DNA from: Lama guanicoe
Lineage: Eukaryota
Assembly: GCA_013239625.1 (NCBI GenBank)
Contig: MU053482.1
Coordinates: forward strand, 595,168 to 659,167
DNA length: 64,000 nucleotides
Reading direction: 5' to 3'
Shown here: piece by piece, positions 62,359-64,000 of the stretch
Layout of the letters: each line of letters begins with the position of its first letter
Position numbering within the stretch: position 1 is the first letter of the stretch
The notes under the pieces: generated by a model
What the model was told of the DNA's origin: nothing
Database searches by the model: none
The model's input: the letters and a program-made list of their open reading frames with translations, nothing else
Position numbers and translations under genes: made by a program

Positions 62359-63960
62359 TGATTATGCATTTGAATTGAAGTCTATAAACAATGGAGAGTT
62401 GTTGAATTGGTTTAATGGGGAATGGAAAATAATACAATTAGCATTTTCTAAAGATTATTTTATTATTTGAAAGAGCAGTACAGGAGGCAGAGAGATCATA
62501 GAGGTATGACAAGTAGAAAGCATGGGGCCAGAAAATAGTGGTACTAGGAATAGAAAGGAGAGAGATTTGAGATCTTCTGAGATAAAATCCAGGTACCATT
62601 TAAATTGTCCTGTTGATGGAAAGAAAAAGAAGGAAGAGAAAATGACTCTCATTTTCAGCCTGAGAGACTGACTTAGTAGACATAACAATATAAGGGGAAA
62701 AAGGAGCATTTATTTAGAAAATAAGTGGTAGAAAAAATAGAGATGTATAACAGTTTCAATTTTGGTCATCTTAAATTGGAAATTAAATGAGAAAATGCAT
62801 GTAAAGTGATTGGTTCATATGTGTGCATGAAGTAATACATATTTATTATTATTTTAGATAATTAAAATGTAACATACCAAATAATAACTGTGTTTTTATG
62901 AATTATTTCATTTAATCTCTATAGTAAAGAGAGAAATTAGATACTAATATCCTTATATTACAGATGCAGAAACTAAAGCTTATGTGCCTTAAATGACTTG
63001 CTCAAGATGATCTATTTATTAATTTATAGAGCTCAGATTCAAACCAAGTTGTCCACAAGATTTATTCCATTGCTGTAAAAGTCATCATTATAATCACTAC
63101 TTTTGTCATTATTATTTCTATTATATATATAAGGGAACTGTCAATGAGGTCCAGTAGAAAGTCTGATATGTGAATCAGGACTCTGAAAGAAAAAAACCTC
63201 AGTTGCATATACAGATTTAGGAAATATCAACAATTAAATTATAGCTGAAGTCAGAGGAGCAGATGAGGTCACGCGGAGAGAGGGTGTAAGCTCAGAAAGT
63301 GAAGGGAAAAGGAAAATGCCAATATTAAATAATAGGCAAAAGGAAAAATGTGATAAAGGAAAAGAAAAGGAGATGTCATCAGAAGATAAAAGGTCTAAGA
63401 GCAGGCAAGGGAGAATACAGCTTCAGGAGTATCTCTAGTTTTAAATATGACTGGGTGATCAAGCAAGATAACCAAAGGCAAAATCAATAATCTTGGGCAT
63501 TGAAAGGTCACTTTGAATTGTGCAGAGCAGACTTATCAGAGAAATTAAAAACACTATTTTGAGAAGCTTAGAGAGGAGTGTAAAAAGATAAATATATTTA
63601 TTCCTTTGTTGAAGAAAAATCCAAAAGCACAGAAGATAGGGAAGGTCAAAGAGAAAAAAGAGGTTATGTAATTGTTGGGAAAATAGCCAGAGAAGAAATA
63701 CTTGGAGTTACGAACACAAGGGAATACTCTTATTATAGCTGAGACAACTCTTCCCCTGAGGGGAAATGATGGATTATTGTATGTTTGTAGGGATCTGTGT
63801 CTGGAGAGGTAAGCGGTTGAACCTGTTTATGTTGAGGTCTTGCATTTCTCTGTGATGTGATCAGAGAGAAACTCCTGGTTGATGAGGTTGAACTGAGCTG
63901 AGTTAGGGCAGGGAACTTGAGAAGAATACTGTTCCCCTAGCTATGATGGGAATACTGGAA
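61730..63960. mobile_element. L2 and MIR fragments
   Basis: Antisense L2-like tracts (61730-62780 and 63130-63960) and a MIR-like 'tacagatgcagaaactaaagctt...aatgacttgctcaaga' at about 62900-63050. Confidence 0.6.
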
Positions 63961-64000
63961 TGACACAAGGAAAAAGTAAAGAAAAGAAACCAATATTGGT

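Noticed and set aside
1..64000. Prokaryotic systems (CRISPR arrays, operons, defence islands) and the remaining 60-150 aa ORFs
   Set aside because: The sequence is mammalian, no repeat-spacer array was seen, and the short ORFs are transposon fragments or chance.

Overview
This is AT-rich, CpG-depleted mammalian DNA, most likely camelid, judged from a Vic-1-like tRNA-derived SINE. There is one intact protein-coding sequence: a 7.3-kb uninterrupted minus-strand ORF for the interferon-induced very large GTPase GVIN1/VLIG (about 2429 aa from the ATG at 22366). It is preceded by a clear branch point and splice acceptor. Candidate non-coding 5' exons and IRF/ISRE/GAS motifs lie 14-20 kb upstream. 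The rest is mostly transposable-element debris: LINE-1, L2, MIR, MaLR/ERVL/ERV1 LTRs, an ERVL internal remnant and DNA-transposon fragments. It also includes a 5'-truncated class I ERV (pol-env-3'LTR) with a solo LTR nested in its integrase. The most notable observation is that the N-terminal third of GVIN1 reads as a SAM-like domain, a coiled coil and a divergent MACPF/perforin-type pore-forming domain fused to the giant GTPase. All family names and repeat boundaries come from pattern recognition, not database searches, so boundaries are approximate unless termini or TSDs are quoted.
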